Shown here in pieces: positions 53,621-64,000 of a stretch of 64,000 nucleotides of DNA. Where the stretch lies: contig CM052816.1 in the NCBI GenBank assembly GCA_028534125.1, positions 40,488,001 through 40,552,000 on the forward strand. Reading direction: 5' to 3'. The stretch is from Lama glama (lineage: Eukaryota). A program made the position numbers and the translations under genes. Positions within the stretch are counted from its first letter, which is position 1. The number at the start of each line of letters is the position of its first letter. The notes under the pieces are model-generated. The model did not search any database and was not told the DNA's origin. It saw only the letters and a program-made list of their open reading frames with translations.

Positions 53621-56009
53621 CTAAGACATACTTTAAAAATTATTATTTGGGTTGCTTAAAGTCGTAATTTCAAAATACAGTTATAATAGTCACAGCTAAA
53701 ATTCGAAGGGCATCAAGGCAGCCAGTAAACTTATGCAAACTCATTTTAAAAAATCATATTTGTAGGTAACTTATGAAACTACCCACAACTTCATGAAGGG
53801 CAAAACAATCTGTTTCATTTCTTTTGGGTACAGTACAAAAATAATAAAAGAAAAAGTGCTTTTGAAAGTGTCTCTTCTGTATTTTTGCTTGTATATGAAA
53901 TAGAATATCCTGTTTCTTAAGCTCAAGAAGATGAAATTGAGGTTAGGTGCCCAAGACCAGCGACAGAGACAGGAGCCCTATTAGATTCTCCAGAGCCTTT
54001 GTAAGAATTGTTAAATACACGAAGTCTTCAAATAAAGATAAAATGGATAAAGATTAATATTAAAAGAAACTTTCACAAATACAATTTTTTTGTATAGAAA
54101 CATGTTTTCACAAAGATAAATGTTAATTGCTCATCTTCAACTAATAATTAAACTAAATAAAAACTGAATTTCAAAATTAGCTTAATAGTTAAGCTATTAT
54201 ATAATATATAATAATATTTATTATAAATACATAAAAATTAGAAACCTTATCTGATTTCTAATGAAATTCTTCTCCATTGCATGACATAAATAGTGGCTTA
54301 AAAATGAATATCTCCTATTAAATATTGTGCTCCTCTCAGAAATATCTAAGCAAATGAGAATGTGTAATGCAGATAGCAATAGATTTCTCCTTTTCAATGG
54401 AAAACATTTGCATCATTTTCATGTTCATGTGCAGTATAATTGTAAACACTGGCACATTAAAGCTCTGAGTAAATAACTTATTAACAAGTTATTATTAATG
54501 TAAAAACACATTGACTTTTCTCAGAAACCTTAGTGCCATGTTTTCATTGAATGTTTTTGTTTATATAGTTTGTTCTTGTCTGTGGTTAGCTTCATTTTTC
54601 TCAAGTGTTTGAAAAGTAATGGGCAAAGAAAGGTTAACCAATGTAACTTCATGTTTTGTTCACCATAGCTATTACTTCCTTGTGTAGTTGGCCTCCAAGA
54701 GTATTATTTGAAAAAAATACATTTCATTAAAAATCATGTTACAACTGGACATATTTGGCTTTTACATCACATAGTTTGTACATTGAGCAAAATAGTCTTT
54801 CTCTTTATTTTTCAAATGGATATGCAACTCTAAGGATATTTTTAGAATCATAATTGTAGTTCACTAATTTCCTTTTTAATTTACTGTGCACATGGTGATA
54901 CCTGAGGAAATCTTAAAAGTAGCAGTTTCTTCTTTGATCGCTGAGGTTGAATTCAGTCACATGGTGCTGTGAAGAATTTTGTTCTGATGCTTCCTGTTTA
55001 TTAACAGTTAAATGGATTAATAATGGGCTTTGATTTCAGGGATGTCAATTTGGGAGGTAGCGTGTACAATGGTAAAAATATTACAAGGTGAAAAATAAGC
55101 TAAAGAGTTCATATGTCTATTTGATAGCACATTAGTGTTTTATGTCTTTCAAGGTGAAAGTTGACTTACTCTATTAACAAAGTTCACAGCCCCTGAATGA
55201 TCTGGCAGCCTTCTGCTATAATCTTCTCCATGAGGATTATCATTGCCAGGACTATAATATCATTCTATGGGTTTTGAGGAATTTCTTTAAGTTATAATTA
55301 TGACAAATTAAGTCATGCGACATGAGAGACTAAGCAATTTGATGGATCAGTGAACACTGAACATAAAATCTACTTTTAAAAATTATCCTCTTGAAGCTTC
55401 TTTTAAAAAGTTTTTATAACCATGTCTATATACATCTGTTAGAAAAATGAATGGTTTCTGCCAACCATATTCTGTTAAACCTTGACCCATTTGAAAAATT
55501 CTTACACTATTTGCTCCCACGTTACCTTCAATTTATTTGACCTTCCCCCATGCCAGTGAGAATAAACTGGTTTTTTTTTTATTCCAATGGAGTGAAATTG
55601 GTACTTCTATTTGTATTTTTATCACTGTGCTATAATTATTTGTGAGTGTTCTTTTGTCACTGGTTTCAGGGTGAACTTGTTGCGGGCAAGGACATTATGT
55701 CATAATTCATCTTGCATGTATTCATGTTGCTTATAAGCTGAACTTTATCTGAAACAATGAATACTTTCCAAGGAATTTTACTGAAGAATTTTCGATCCAT
55801 AATTGAGCTTAGTTAATATTTGCTGAATGAACTAAATGCCTTTGTTTCTGATTGAACAAAACACGATGAATTAGAGAGCAATTGACTACAGTGGCTGTAA
55901 GTATTAGATAAGAGATAGTTTTCCTCTAAGGGAACACTTTCTTCCAGCCTATCTTACAAGATACTAACTTCACAGACTCTTTCCTTGAAATTTTGTGTCC
56001 TTTCAGTTC

Positions 56010-56200
56010 TGTGGCAGGCGATTATTTGCATAAATTATGTTCATTTTCTTTTTCTTAATAATACCAACACATTTGGAGGGGAGCAGCAGTGTATCTGGAT
56101 AAGTTTCCTGATCTCCCAACTTTTCTTGCAACTAGGGGTGGCCTATGTTACTTTACCTAACTAACGAGCAGGCGTTGTTAGAGCTCAAGACATCACTTTA
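56010..56200 (+). mobile_element. Old MLT1 (J/K-like) LTR 5' fragment
   Basis: Starts tgtggcagg; contains 'tcccaacttttcttgcaactaggggtggcctatgttact'. Confidence 0.5.
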
Positions 56201-57819
56201 AAGGATGACAAAATCAGCTGGTTTGAGTTTTTGCTTCTTGTAGTGAAAGATATTTGACTAGGAAGATAAAAGCATGCACTGTAAGCTGCAGTATCACCCC
56301 TGAAGTGCTCATATATTTATTTGGTAAGCCAGATAAATCTAATTGGATTAAACATGTTTCTATTTCATGAACATAAAACCAGGAAAAATGTTTTAGTAAA
56401 TAGTGCACTTAATAGAATGAGAAATTGCAGAATTCATTTTATAATTTTCAAAACAAAATCGTATTTCTAAGTGATTTCAGCTTACAGTAAGAGAGAAATG
56501 TTTTCAGTTGTGTTTTTATGATATTTCATAATAAACAATTATCTCATATTCTTGAGAACATCATGATAATGGGACTCAAAAGTAGCACAGGATGTGTATT
56601 AGAAAATACTTAAAATTAATATATAGGTATTTAATTTATTGAAATAATTCAGCATAACTAATATCAAAATGATAAAAGTTAGTGACTTAATTTAACAGAA
56701 AAAAACCAACAGAGCACTAATCACCATCATAAAATTAAATTGTGCAAAATATTACTTACCAATGGAGAAGCTATTCCAAAAGCTGTGGGAGACAGAAACT
56801 ATTATAACACACAAGAGGAAATTTTCAGGCCACAGGAATGGAAGAGGAACCCATGGAGATACCGTATTGAAACTGTCTCAAACATGGATGGTGAAGTGGA
56901 TCTCTAAAACATCCTAAGGAGATGCTGTACTATCATGAAAGATCCCCTGTGATGAAAGTTTTGCATCTCTCTCTGAAGCCTGTCCAGCACTTAAAAATTA
57001 ATAGAAGTCTATTAATCTGTTCTAGCAGAATACTTACATTGTTTGAACCCATTGTCATATAGGAAATATTGAACAACCACTCTTTGTTCTCAGAATAAAC
57101 CATTTTGAAAGTCATGGACATTAGTCTCTTGATTATATTTTTTCAAGATTATATAAGTTTGAATTATTTTCTATAAAATCTTTGTTATTCTACTGTCAAT
57201 ATTCTCGCCAAAAAACTTTTTAAACATGAGACTAAGAAAGGACTATAAAATTTTAACACAATATTATAATTGTAGATTTTAAAGTAACATCAGTCATTTA
57301 AATTTGACCAATATATTATCATCAGGAAATCATTAACAAGTAGTTTCTAGCTTCTGCATGGATTGTTTAATGAGGGATTATGTACTTTTCTCCATTCTAA
57401 GTGGATCAGATAAACTTTTTGCCTCTTGGTTCCTAGATCCTGCTTTTACCCTCCTTTTCACTCCATAGCCCTCTGTGTATTCGAAGATGTGTCATTCTCC
57501 CTCTGAAGACTTCTTTCTATCTTTAGGCTACATTCAAACAGCCACCTCAAGTATCTCTAATATGAAGAGTATTTTTACTTTTTTCAATATAACAGTGGCC
57601 CCTTTGGAACCAATATGTCTTGTTGAAACTCTGCTTTTCTTTTTTCTTTTTTTTTGAATATGTTCACTCCCCTCTCCATGACTCGAAAACTGCATGCTTA
57701 CAGTTAATTGTTGAACCCAAATAGAGTACTTCACATGAACCACAGTTTATTCTTGCCAGCACATGGAACACCTTCAGTAGACACTGCAGAAGTAAATAGA
57801 TGAAGAAATTTAAAAAAAT

Positions 57820-58700
57820 TAATTAGTTTTCCATGACCGCATTTAGATAAAACCATGCTGGCTTCCCTTCATATCTGCAACCCTTTCTAAAGAGAATATT
57901 TTAAATTATCTAGTACAGAATTCTCCTTGAGCATAATGGAAATCTCAGCATTTTAGGGTGCACTTTGTTTTAATTAGAATTGTCTCTCTTTATCTCCATT
58001 CTTCCTTTAGCTTTCCTATTCCCTGATGTCCTCTTAGTTCACTGCCATCAGTTCAGGCATCTTATCACTACATTATAATAACCCTGTGGGAATGTAATGT
58101 GCCCAAGCCAAGTGTTTAAATCCACATGTCTCTTTCTTAAGGCCCTCTATTTTTCTTGGGACTCAAGCTCCACCAGAAATCATTTGTTATCTACTTTATA
58201 GCTCTATGAGTATTCTTCTGGACAGAATAGTCAGAAATGAAATGGGACCTGAGGAATTAATTATGTTTTCTCTGTTGTTTCCTTCTATTACAGCATTTAT
58301 CCCAAGCTGCAGGCCGATGAATTCCTTATGTTTCTGCTTTTCTTTCCACGAGGGTAGCTCATTATACACTTTAATTTTCCAGTTAATTTTTATATACTAA
58401 TTACAGTGGTCTGTCTTACCCCTGAGAATCACTGTCTCTTTCTGTATTCATGCAAATTTTTCAACACTGATATCATGCTATTGCAGATTTCTCATCAATA
58501 GCAAGAAAAGTGTATAGTCCCTCCTTCTTAGTCCTATATTGTGACTTTACTTCTCTTCCTCTCTTCAATTCAAATGTCTTTTGTGTTCCTTCAGACGCCT
58601 ATTACTGGCATATGTCAACATCACTTCTAAATAAGTCAGTTTTATTTAGCATACTACACTTCATTACTTTATTCTTTTCTGTCTTCAATCTCTTCTGACT
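57820..58700 (-). mobile_element. Possible ancient CR1/L3 LINE fragment
   Basis: 'aaaccatgctggcttccc' and 'aatgtaatgtgcccaagcc' echo reverse-strand CR1 ORF2; CT-rich composition. Weak. Confidence 0.35.
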
Positions 58701-59020
58701 TTGATCATTTACTTGCATTCAGTGTATGTCTTTTTAAGTATGTATCTTCAGTTTTTGCATGTGTACATTCAGTGACTAATCAAATGGATTTATTTAACAT
58801 TTAATAATCTTAATTTAACACCAACTGCATGCAAGAATTTTATGAAATCAGAGACATCAAAATGAAAATGGCAAAATTCCTGATCTCAATTATCTGTTGG
58901 GAGAAGATATAAAATTTGAAGAAGTATATATTATGTATGCTGCTCTCTATTAAAAGAATGCTTCCCTTCCACTTTAAATCTTATTCTAATTTTTCTGACC
59001 TGGCTCAATTTTAGTATAAA

Positions 59021-59594
59021 TGTTGCCAAAAAATCAGCCTCTGCACCCCAAAAAACCGAATTCAGACTCGGAGGCAGAGTTTTGGGAGCAAAGAAAATAC
59101 CAGCAATATATTGCTTCGCCCAGCAAAGGGATTGACAGCAAGCTAATGCCTTAAAGACTGTGAACCCATCTTGGGGTTGGGATCTTGAAGTTTCATAGAA
59201 AACCTGGATGGAACAGAAAAGGTGGTAGCAATCAGGGTGTTTTACAGGGTGCTATATTCCTCTTCACCTCAGTGAATCTTAAGGTAGAACTCCGAAGGGT
59301 CTGTCCATTCTTCTGAGATTATCAGCGTATTATCTCCTTCCTGGAGCACATAGCCTCTGGGTTAAAGTTATTCTCAGTAAAGAATAGATCAGCAAACAGC
59401 TTTGAATCAGGGAAGTCAGTTTGCTTTATACTCCTTCATAAACTTAGAATCATTCTTCTTTCAGACTGAGTTTAGTGATGAATCTCTGTGGTCTGACCAC
59501 CCCTCATGCATAAATTAGCTAAGCTACTTATATGAAAAATCATAAAGTCTGGCTAGCTGTCCATCAGCCTTAGGGCCTGTGGGTTCCTAATACA
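59021..59594 (-). mobile_element. ERV1-type LTR
   Basis: tgttgccaaaaaatcagcctc...gcagagttttgggagcaaagaaaatacc...gctaatgccttaaagactgtgaacc aligns with the reverse complement of 19790-19931; ends ...taataca. No TSD seen. Confidence 0.78.
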
Positions 59595-59599
59595 TGTAC

Positions 59600-59685
59600 A
59601 CATCTCTGTATTCCCAGTGCTTAGAGTTCAGAGATGATACTCAATAAATAAGTTTTGATTGCCCAAATGAATGAATGACTATGTA
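59600..59685 (+). mobile_element. L2 3' terminus
   Basis: 'catctctgtattcccagtgcttag...actcaataaata...tgaatgaatg'. Confidence 0.65.
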
Positions 59686-62264
59686 TTATAATAGAGATTG
59701 AAGTACACATCATTGAAAAGATAGAGAATCTTCCTTTGCACAATATTTTTTGTTTACTTTTTATTAGAATGAGTTCTTCATTTAGTTGATAATTATCATA
59801 TTTTAATTCATCTATATCAAATATAAGAAATAACCTCTGCATTTTGTAAAACAGAGATTTGTGGATTATTTATATTTTCCTTCTTAGTGTTATAACATGT
59901 TCTAGCTGAATTAATTTTGAGAGATTTAAAATATCATTGTTTTATTTTATCAAATTATGATTTAAAGTAGATGCCTACATTTATAATTATATGAACCCCA
60001 CCCAGTTAAAACTCTCTCTGTTGATATTAGGGGTAGCATGACTGTCATTAAAGATGAATGGAGGTCACATATTAATATCATATTAATTTTTATTTTTACA
60101 AAGACCTTGAAGCAGTTCTTATAATAAACCCTTAGATAAGCACCTGGTCCATCTTACTCTGTCCTGAGTTGTATGAATGTCTCCCCTGTATTTATATCTC
60201 AGTAATAGCATCATTAAATTGCTGGCTCGGACTTAACTTGTCACTGTGCATTTTTGTAAGTGGCTCTTGTGGGATGTACTTTTGTAATTTTCTGTCAGTG
60301 GGATGTGGTTCTATAATTTTCTGAGGTACCTGAGTGGAGACTTTCAAGAAACATAAAGGGGCTACATGGTCAGCTACGTGTAGAGATCAGGAATGAAGAG
60401 TTGCTGGGATGAACCAATCAGTTTCAGCTTTTTGTGAATATAAATCTAAGAAATAGATTTTAATACCCAAGATGAGCAAAGTAAAATGGTGCAGATAGAT
60501 CATAAAACTCAGTTGTTCCCCAAGTTAAAATAATAATAATAATAATAAAAAGAAGGTCTGTGGGGTTTTTTTGATATCTAACATCTTTAAATATTTATAG
60601 TTATATATCTAAATATTATCATTTACAAAATGAAATATCTGGACATCCTAAAGCTAAGACTGAATTCACCCAGTTTCTGTCTTGCTACATTTGAAAATCA
60701 GTATCTAGGTTAAAAGTAGATAAAGAAAGGTAACTCAGGCCCTTGATACAATGACTTTAACAACCTCAAAGGGTTTGGAGAACTACTGGAATACCGATAA
60801 CTCTTGAACACTTGATGTATTTGTTGGGCACAGGGACTTTTCTCCTGCTATTGCCAGCCCCTTGAGAAAGTCAATAGTACTTTAAGAGGGAGACTGTAGG
60901 AGAGTTAAATTACACATTAGATTAAGAAAAGCTGATGCAAATAGATTGTTTATATGTCCAATACTTTTTCCAGCTCTGAGCACAACCTTCTATCTAACAG
61001 AAACTGAGTGATCAAGTTTGAGGATAATTAAAACATTTTCTGCTGCCAAAAAAAATGATCAGTGCATGGAATAAAGTGCCACAGAGCATGTTCCTGTATG
61101 GAGATCTTCACAAATACAAGAGATGCATTAAATTTAGGCAGGTTTCCTGCACTCTCTTTTAATTAAAAATAAACACAAATAGAATTGGATATCATTACCC
61201 CTCCTACCCTACTGTCTAGAAGATGACAATAATATTGATACTCCTCCTCTTCCTCCTCCTCCTACTGCCAAAATCATTTAATTATACTATAGAGCACCTA
61301 TGTATTTCATCGCCTTTATTTTATAGAAGAACCACATGAAGGCATATTTTTGGCTTATGACATTTTGCTTAATAAACTTGTTAAGTACAACAGTTTTCTA
61401 TTCAAGTCATAAATTTTAGTGATCCTCTCTGTTATTATGTTGTATAATATGTTATTTTAATTTTTTGAATAATATTGATAACTTTCTTCCTTTTTTCACC
61501 TATAATGGGATATATTTTAAGACATTAAAGCAACTTGAGGAAAAGAGAATATCTTAATGCAGTTAAAATCACAATTTTTATCAACATGCATTCACAAACA
61601 CTTTTAATCTTATCTCCTGTAACTACTAACAAGTCTTTGTTGAGCATTCCTGATTCTCTTCCCTTAACATTATTTTACTGGTGTTGATTTCCCTTTAATC
61701 CTTAGCTAACATGTATATATAAAAAAGTCAAAATCTTTTAGGAAAAAAGGTATACTTTTAATTAGGATTTAACTGTGAAAAATCTTATTCTATTTTCTAT
61801 TTGTTAAAGAAATACAATCATGTTTTCAAGTATATCACATGACATAGTATTGATAAGTGATGAATACAGTAAGAATTTATTTTGAAAATTTTTGTAATGT
61901 CTGTCAGATTAACAGGGGTAAAAGTGATTCTCACATCTATATTTGATTGAGCTGTATACAATTGCCAATATTTGATAACCTTTGACTTACAAAAATGACA
62001 CATTTACTTCATTTTAAAGTAAATACACAAAGTTTATATTTCAGGGAAATAATAAACTTGATAGTTCCTATTTTAATGAGATCCTAATAATTATGTCTTA
62101 AAGATTGTTTCTTTTCCTGCTTTTCAGGAAGTGTAATGAATGTTATCATTGCAGTGGGAAATATACCACATATCCTTTTTTGCTGTGAAAGTTTTCCAAA
62201 TTTTAGATGAAAAGTTCTTCCATCTAAAGAAAACTCCCAGTTACCATTTTCAGACAATTTGCAG

Positions 62265-62520
62265 GCATCGTGGTTCAGAAGAAAGGGCTTGGTCTCTGGA
62301 ATCAGGGAAAGATACGTTGGGGTGCTTGCTCTACCATTGTGTGACCTTTGTCTTCCGTTGTCTTGATCTCTCTGAATCTCATTATCTCCATTACTCGTTA
62401 AAAGGACACCAGCCACTTTCTCTGGAGTTAAAGTGGGTAACAGATATGCAGTGCCTGGTCCCAGGGAATGTAGGCACTCCCTCCTGCTGACCTAATCAGT
62501 AAGCACTGACTGTGCCTCTC
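62265..62520 (+). mobile_element. MIR SINE
   Basis: 'gcatcgtggttcagaag...ctctggaatcag...ctctaccattgtgtgacctt...ctctctgaatctca' and 'cagtgcctgg...taggcactc'. Confidence 0.55.
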
Positions 62521-62929
62521 GTGTAAGGCCATGCCTTCTGTCATATGTACTTGGTTTTGGTAAGCTAGAAGTGCTCTGGATATGGCTTTCTGGAATGCTT
62601 TCTTTACAATACAATGTAGTAGTATTCTCTGAACTTGCATTTTTGTTTTAATTTTTTCTTAATTTCTTCTTTATTAAGAGCAATGGGTATTGAACAAAGA
62701 AAGACCAAAGTAGCAGCATTACAACTAACTAAGTGAACCTAACATTGAAAATGTAGACCTGGAGATGAGTAGGGGTGAGACACACAAGTCTCAGACTTCT
62801 AAGAGGATGGATCTGGAATCCTTTCGTGTTGAGATTTTTACTGGAAATCATAATCTTTCACTACTTAGAGCCACAACCTGTGAGGATTATTTAATAATGA
62901 AAATATTTCAGCCATCTTATTACCCCTAC

Positions 62930-63130
62930 TACAAATAATAGCAAATCATGTTGAGTGATCACGCTATGTTAAGGCATTATCCCATTTAATCATTACAACA
63001 TTATAAGTCACTTTATCACTTTAAAGATGCAGAAACAGGGTCTTAGTGAGTTTAAAAAAGTAAGTGTCCGAATTTTAGCCCAGGATTGCCTGACATCATA
63101 GGAACCAAGCTCTTAGTCGTTATATCATAT
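62930..63130 (-). mobile_element. MIR SINE
   Basis: 'cactttaaagatgcagaaacagggtcttagtgag...ttagcccaggattgcctgac'. Confidence 0.6.
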
Positions 63131-63826
63131 TGACTTTCTTCTTATTATTATTTCTGGATCATATATGGAGAAAGAATATTTCTCTTTCAGGAAAGCTATC
63201 ACATTTATCAGAAGAAAACAGTTTTTGCTTAGTTTTATTTATTCTTCTTGAAATGGCTTTAAAAAGAAATATATGTGGTGGTCCACATTTTCATATTCCA
63301 AGAAAAAGAATAAGTTTGTTGTTAAGAAGGAAAGGCATAACACAGGCAATCTGTTTAACCTTATTCCATCTCATTAAAAACAATTCTACTAAAGATATGG
63401 AGATATAACTAGGTTTGGCATCAAACGAAATTAATTATCTCATGTTTCTAGTCAGTTCTCCTAGATAGATTTCTAAATAACACCTGCTACTGAAGCAGCT
63501 CTCCATGGGCGTAACATCACAGCTACACTGCTTTGTAACTCTCCGTATTGCTGAAATCTCTGTCACCTTATGAAGTTTAAAAGAAAGCAATCTATGTTAT
63601 TTTCTTTTTTTAAAATGATTGATTGTATCAGGATAATTGTTAGAATTTAGCTGATAGATCGCCCTTCAGAATTATATAATACACATTTTTTCCCGTTCTC
63701 TTAGGATTTAACTAGAATGTGTGACCTTGTGCTCCTGGGTTTCTATAGAACCAGGATGAAAGGGATATTGTGTTGTTGCTGAGTCCTGACACAGTGGTGA
63801 GACAGAGGCTTCTTTGCCTGTGCTAA

Positions 63827-64000
63827 TGATGCAGGAAAACGGACGTGGGGGGTGTGGAGGGCCATGTCCAAGATCTCGGTTGAGCCCCTGGGATGTGCCC
63901 TGCCAAGTGCGGGTCCTTGGCTTCGCACAGGAAAGAATTCAAGAGCGAGCTACAGTTGAGTGAAAGTAGATTTATTCAGAGAGATACATTGAAAGGCAAG
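63827..64000 (-). mobile_element. ERV1-type LTR, U5/R end (continues beyond the window)
   Basis: 'gggtccttggcttcgcacaggaaagaattcaagagcgagc...gaaagtagatttattcagagagataca' is a typical reverse-strand ERV1 LTR; retains CpGs. Confidence 0.8.

Noticed and set aside
1..64000. Prokaryotic-type systems (CRISPR arrays, operons, defence islands) and standalone tRNA/rRNA genes
   Set aside because: The sequence is mammalian, repeat-rich DNA with no regularly spaced repeat-spacer array and no long ORFs; the only tRNA-like sequence is the SINE head.

Overview
AT-rich mammalian intronic or intergenic DNA. It is very probably camelid (alpaca, llama or camel), judged from a lineage-typical tRNA-derived SINE at 12800-12904. 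I found no intact protein-coding gene; the ORF-track entries are transposon remnants, pseudogene fragments or chance ORFs. Most of the window is a layered repeat landscape: a decayed ERVL provirus (MLT2 LTR end, gag, pro, RT, RNase H; ~1230-4795), six ERV1-type LTRs (two with clear TSDs), several MLT1 LTRs, a near full-length Tigger1 (27599-29950) plus a 250-bp non-autonomous derivative, MER2B, MER81, MER5, L1, L2 and MIR fragments, and microsatellites. The most notable non-repeat element is an intronless, 5'-truncated, heavily disabled processed pseudogene of the muscle Z-disc gene myotilin (MYOT) at 51005-52908 (+), with 3' UTR, AATAAA and an A-rich tail. Smaller oddities are a 60-bp near-perfect dispersed duplication (38279/39805), short insertions flanked by direct repeats, and a strong-looking 23-nt minus-strand micro-exon candidate (56760-56782). 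I see no convincing evidence of a novel biological system. Repeat family names and the MYOT identification come from recalled consensus and protein sequences, not from database searches.
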